Positions 61,250-64,000 of a stretch of 64,000 bases of DNA are shown piece by piece. Every line of letters begins with the position of its first letter. The stretch's first letter is position 1. The DNA is from Utricularia gibba (taxonomy: Eukaryota > Plantae > Magnoliophyta): the NCBI GenBank assembly GCA_002189035.1, contig NEEC01000010.1, positions 3,286,001 to 3,350,000 of the forward strand. Direction: 5' to 3'. A program made the translations under genes and the position numbers. The notes below the pieces were generated by a model, which was given only the letters and a program-made list of their open reading frames with translations, was not told the origin of the DNA and searched no databases.

Positions 61250-62792
61250 TCACATTATTTCACCTTCTTCAAGTTCTTCATCTAACAGGAACTGCTCAGC
61301 TACTTTGTCGTCAACATCCAATTCAAAATCAAAAGCGCAACTGATGCCACCAAATGGCTCTACTAGATTCATGTCATCGAAACCAGAAGCACCATAGTCA
61401 GCATTGAGCAGTTGCTCGATTGTAGAATCACCATTGGTCTCCTTCCCAAACATTTGCTCCATATGACCATCGGTAAGGCTCTGGTTCAGGAGGTCCGACA
61501 CGAGGGGTTCTGAAACTCCATCATCCTCAATCTCTTCCTCTTTGAACACGACACCTCTAGGACTCGGGAAGGGTGATCAGCAGGCTTGGTATTTACCTTG
61601 GTTGAAGTGTCTTCAGAAATGATGTCCAGGTCAGAGGCATGCGAGGGCAAAAGCACATGGATCACGGGGTATTCCAATATAACCTTGTTTGCTAACTGAT
61701 CACGGAGAGGTGCCATTATATTCAGCTGGAGGAATGGAGACCGAACCCCCTGCACTGAGAAACTAAGTTAGGATAAACTTACCGGTAAACCCGAATCTCC
61801 ATTCTCCAAATGTACATTGAATGAAGGGGAAGAATGCAGAACCTTTTGATATTTGCGGATGCAGAATATGAGGGAGTCCAAGGGATGGTCACAGAATTGC
61901 TTCAAGGCGTTCTTCCATGGACCAGGCTTCAGATGATTTTCAATCACAGAACACAGCGTGCTATCTTCATGCACCCTGTAGCCATGAAAGTCCTATTAGC
62001 ATGGACTGATCTTAAGATGGGAAAACTCGATGCACAGCTCAAAACTCTCACCCATGGTCGACAAGCACAACATCAGTCTTATGAAACCGCCACTCGATTG
62101 TCCAAGATATGGTCTTCTTCCTAACATTGCATACATGTAAGCTTCCATGGAAAGTATGATCATATTCTGAAAGCAACAATGCAGCAGGGCGCAGAAGTAT
62201 ATCAAAAGGAAACCGAAACAACTCAATTTTTTTTTTTACTTGTAGTTGTAGTATGTCCGATTCGCCTCCCGCTTCGACATCCCTTTTGAAAAGAGCATGA
62301 GCCTTGTCCTACGCTTGAAGGCAGCGTTACGAAGATTTCTGAGAGGTGGAGGAAGTGGAGTCCGGAAAACAGAATACCCACAGACCTCAGTTCTTATCCT
62401 TTTGACAGAGTCGGCAAATCTCTTAACATCCTCAAGCATGTTGTAGTCTGCCAAGATTCAATATTCCCAACAAAAAAAAAAAAAATATCAACACCAACCA
62501 TCGGGGTGATTGAAGCACCCAAGCGTTTGAAAGGCAGAATCACGAAACACAATCAAGGATTATGACCTGAAAGAAGGGTATTATCATCAAATTGAGAGAT
62601 AGGGACGAACTCAGCGACCGGCCTTTTGCCGGTGCAGGAGGTCCGCTTCTTGTGGGAAGTCACGCAAGGTAAGCTACATGTGCGCAGAGAACAGCAGGGG
62701 CATTTGTACTTCGACGGATTAATCTGACATTCTTCGCATAACGAAGGTTCCTTGACATTGTTTGAACCCGGAAAACCACTATCCACCTCCAT
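61250..62792 (-). CDS. BCD1: Box C/D snoRNA protein 1 (zf-HIT, BCD1/ZNHIT6), apparent -1 frameshift near 61566-61573
   Basis: CEECQINPSKYKCPCCSLRTCSLPCVTSHKKRTSCTGKR; DYNMLE; TISWTIEWRF; ILEYPVIHV; C-terminal ELEEGEI. Confidence 0.92.
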
Positions 62793-63402
62793 AGGAACTC
62801 AAAGAGAAGCTTTTGGCGGCTTCAGGGGCTTGATCCCAGGGTTGTCGAGGCTCCGGTGACAATGCGTAGACGACACGAAGGAATGGATCAAGTTAAGCCC
62901 AAAGGCTGCCCAAAGCCCACGGGTAACAAAAATGGGCCGAAAATGTCAAGACACGGCCCAAAACCGCCAATACTCAGGTTTGGGCTGACATCGACCCGTG
63001 GTTGTTTGTGCTGTTTATTATTTGAAAATGTTCGAAAACTTGATTTTGGAATTTGGTAGTCATGAGGCAAAGGAAAGCAATTCCATGTCACTTTTTGAGA
63101 GATCCGCAGAGCTCCGTTTGCCTCTGGCTGCTGCCGTCTAACAAGAGCTAATCTTGAAAGATGAATCGCGAATCTACTATCTGATCTTCACTTCTAAAGA
63201 ACGGGGTAGTTGATGAAACGATGGATGGTTTCTTTTCTATAGGAAGGAGGAAGATGGATGCCCTAATTCGTTTTTTCATGGCCCAGTTTGGCTCTCTTTA
63301 CTGAATTCCGGTACCGCCGTGTGGTTCTTTGTTTCAGTTATATTCAACTGTTGATCGAAGTGGGTTTTATTGTGCTGTGTACGTCTTCTAGCTTTGCGAC
63401 TG

Positions 63403-64000
63403 ATGGATGATGGGGATTTGATAGAAGTCGACTTAACGGATCTTGATTTGAACCAAGAACCATATGGGTCTGCGTTGGAAGCTTCGCAAAGCGTTGAGGA
63501 AAGGAGGGTTCTTCAGTTAGGGCCTGTAACGGGTATTAGACCGCGCCAAAGATGGCGCCAATCGAGGAATTTCACAGAAACTAGTTATTCTCATACTGAA
63601 ATGATGATGGTGGATGGGGTGATTCTCCTGAGGACAATACCAATGCTGGCATTTTCGAAAGAGGTTCTGACAGGGGGAAAGGTTGTAAAAGAGATAGCTC
63701 CCATTTAGTCACGCAGGCTTTGGCATTGGATGCCGAAATTAAGTCTGGGGAGGAGGACGGTAGTTTTTACGACTGCAATATATGCTTGGACCTAGCGAGG
63801 GAACCTGTATTGACTTCATGTGGTCACTTGTTTTGTTGGCCATGTTTTTATCAAGTTTCGAAGGTTGATTCAACAGTTAAACAATGCCCTGTTTGCAAGG
63901 GAGAGGTATCTGATAGCTCTGTAATCCCCATCTATGGAAATGGGGACAATCAATACCTTTCTGGGGAAAAGCTTGGTTTCACTATACCTCCAAGGCCCAA
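63403..64000 (+). CDS. RING-HC E3 ubiquitin ligase (RNF5/RMA-like), 3' truncated by window, apparent -1 frameshift at 63616-63619
   Basis: DLDLNQEP; after one added G: FYDCNICLDLAREPVLTSCGHLFCWPCFYQ...CPVCKGEV...PIYG...IPPRP. Confidence 0.9.

Noticed and set aside
9939-63619. Programmed ribosomal frameshifting or mass pseudogenisation as the cause of the broken ORFs
   Set aside because: All breaks are the same -1 change in G/C runs in unrelated genes, with no shared slippery heptamer or downstream structure seen. Consensus error is far more parsimonious.
1-64000. CRISPR arrays, tRNA/rRNA genes, intact transposase or retroelement ORFs, organellar insertions
   Set aside because: None seen. 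The many remaining short track ORFs are antisense or off-frame shadows of the genes listed.

Overview
Eukaryotic nuclear DNA from a very compact eudicot genome: about 30 loci in 64 kb, mostly 70-150 bp introns and short intergenic spacers. A Lamiales/Lentibulariaceae-like origin is only a guess from this density. Genes recognised in order: DHFS (partial), TL17, small conserved protein, NSR-type RRM protein (with a U12 intron), VPS26, START-domain protein, mTERF8/PTAC15, RPL9, UNC93-like, MYB26-like, PWWP protein, IAA26-like, small YD-SQNFD-motif protein, MFP1, two tandem secreted cysteine-rich peptides, a divergent CDI-like glycosyltransferase, NUP107, a DIR16/18-type dirigent pseudogene, an uncharacterised conserved protein, polygalacturonase, an intronless GID8-like CTLH protein, argininosuccinate lyase, an atypical dirigent, a TPX2-like unknown, SYF1, PSRP2, BCD1 and a partial RING E3. 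At least 10 single-base deletions in G/C homopolymers break otherwise intact genes (including RPL9 and NUP107) and are most likely assembly errors. Lesions that homopolymer error does not explain fall in cell-wall/lignification genes (two dirigents, the MYB26 splice donor, the CDI motif). The strongest novelty candidate is the tandem pair of 8-Cys, Pro-flanked secreted peptides. All family assignments are from recalled motifs, with no database search.
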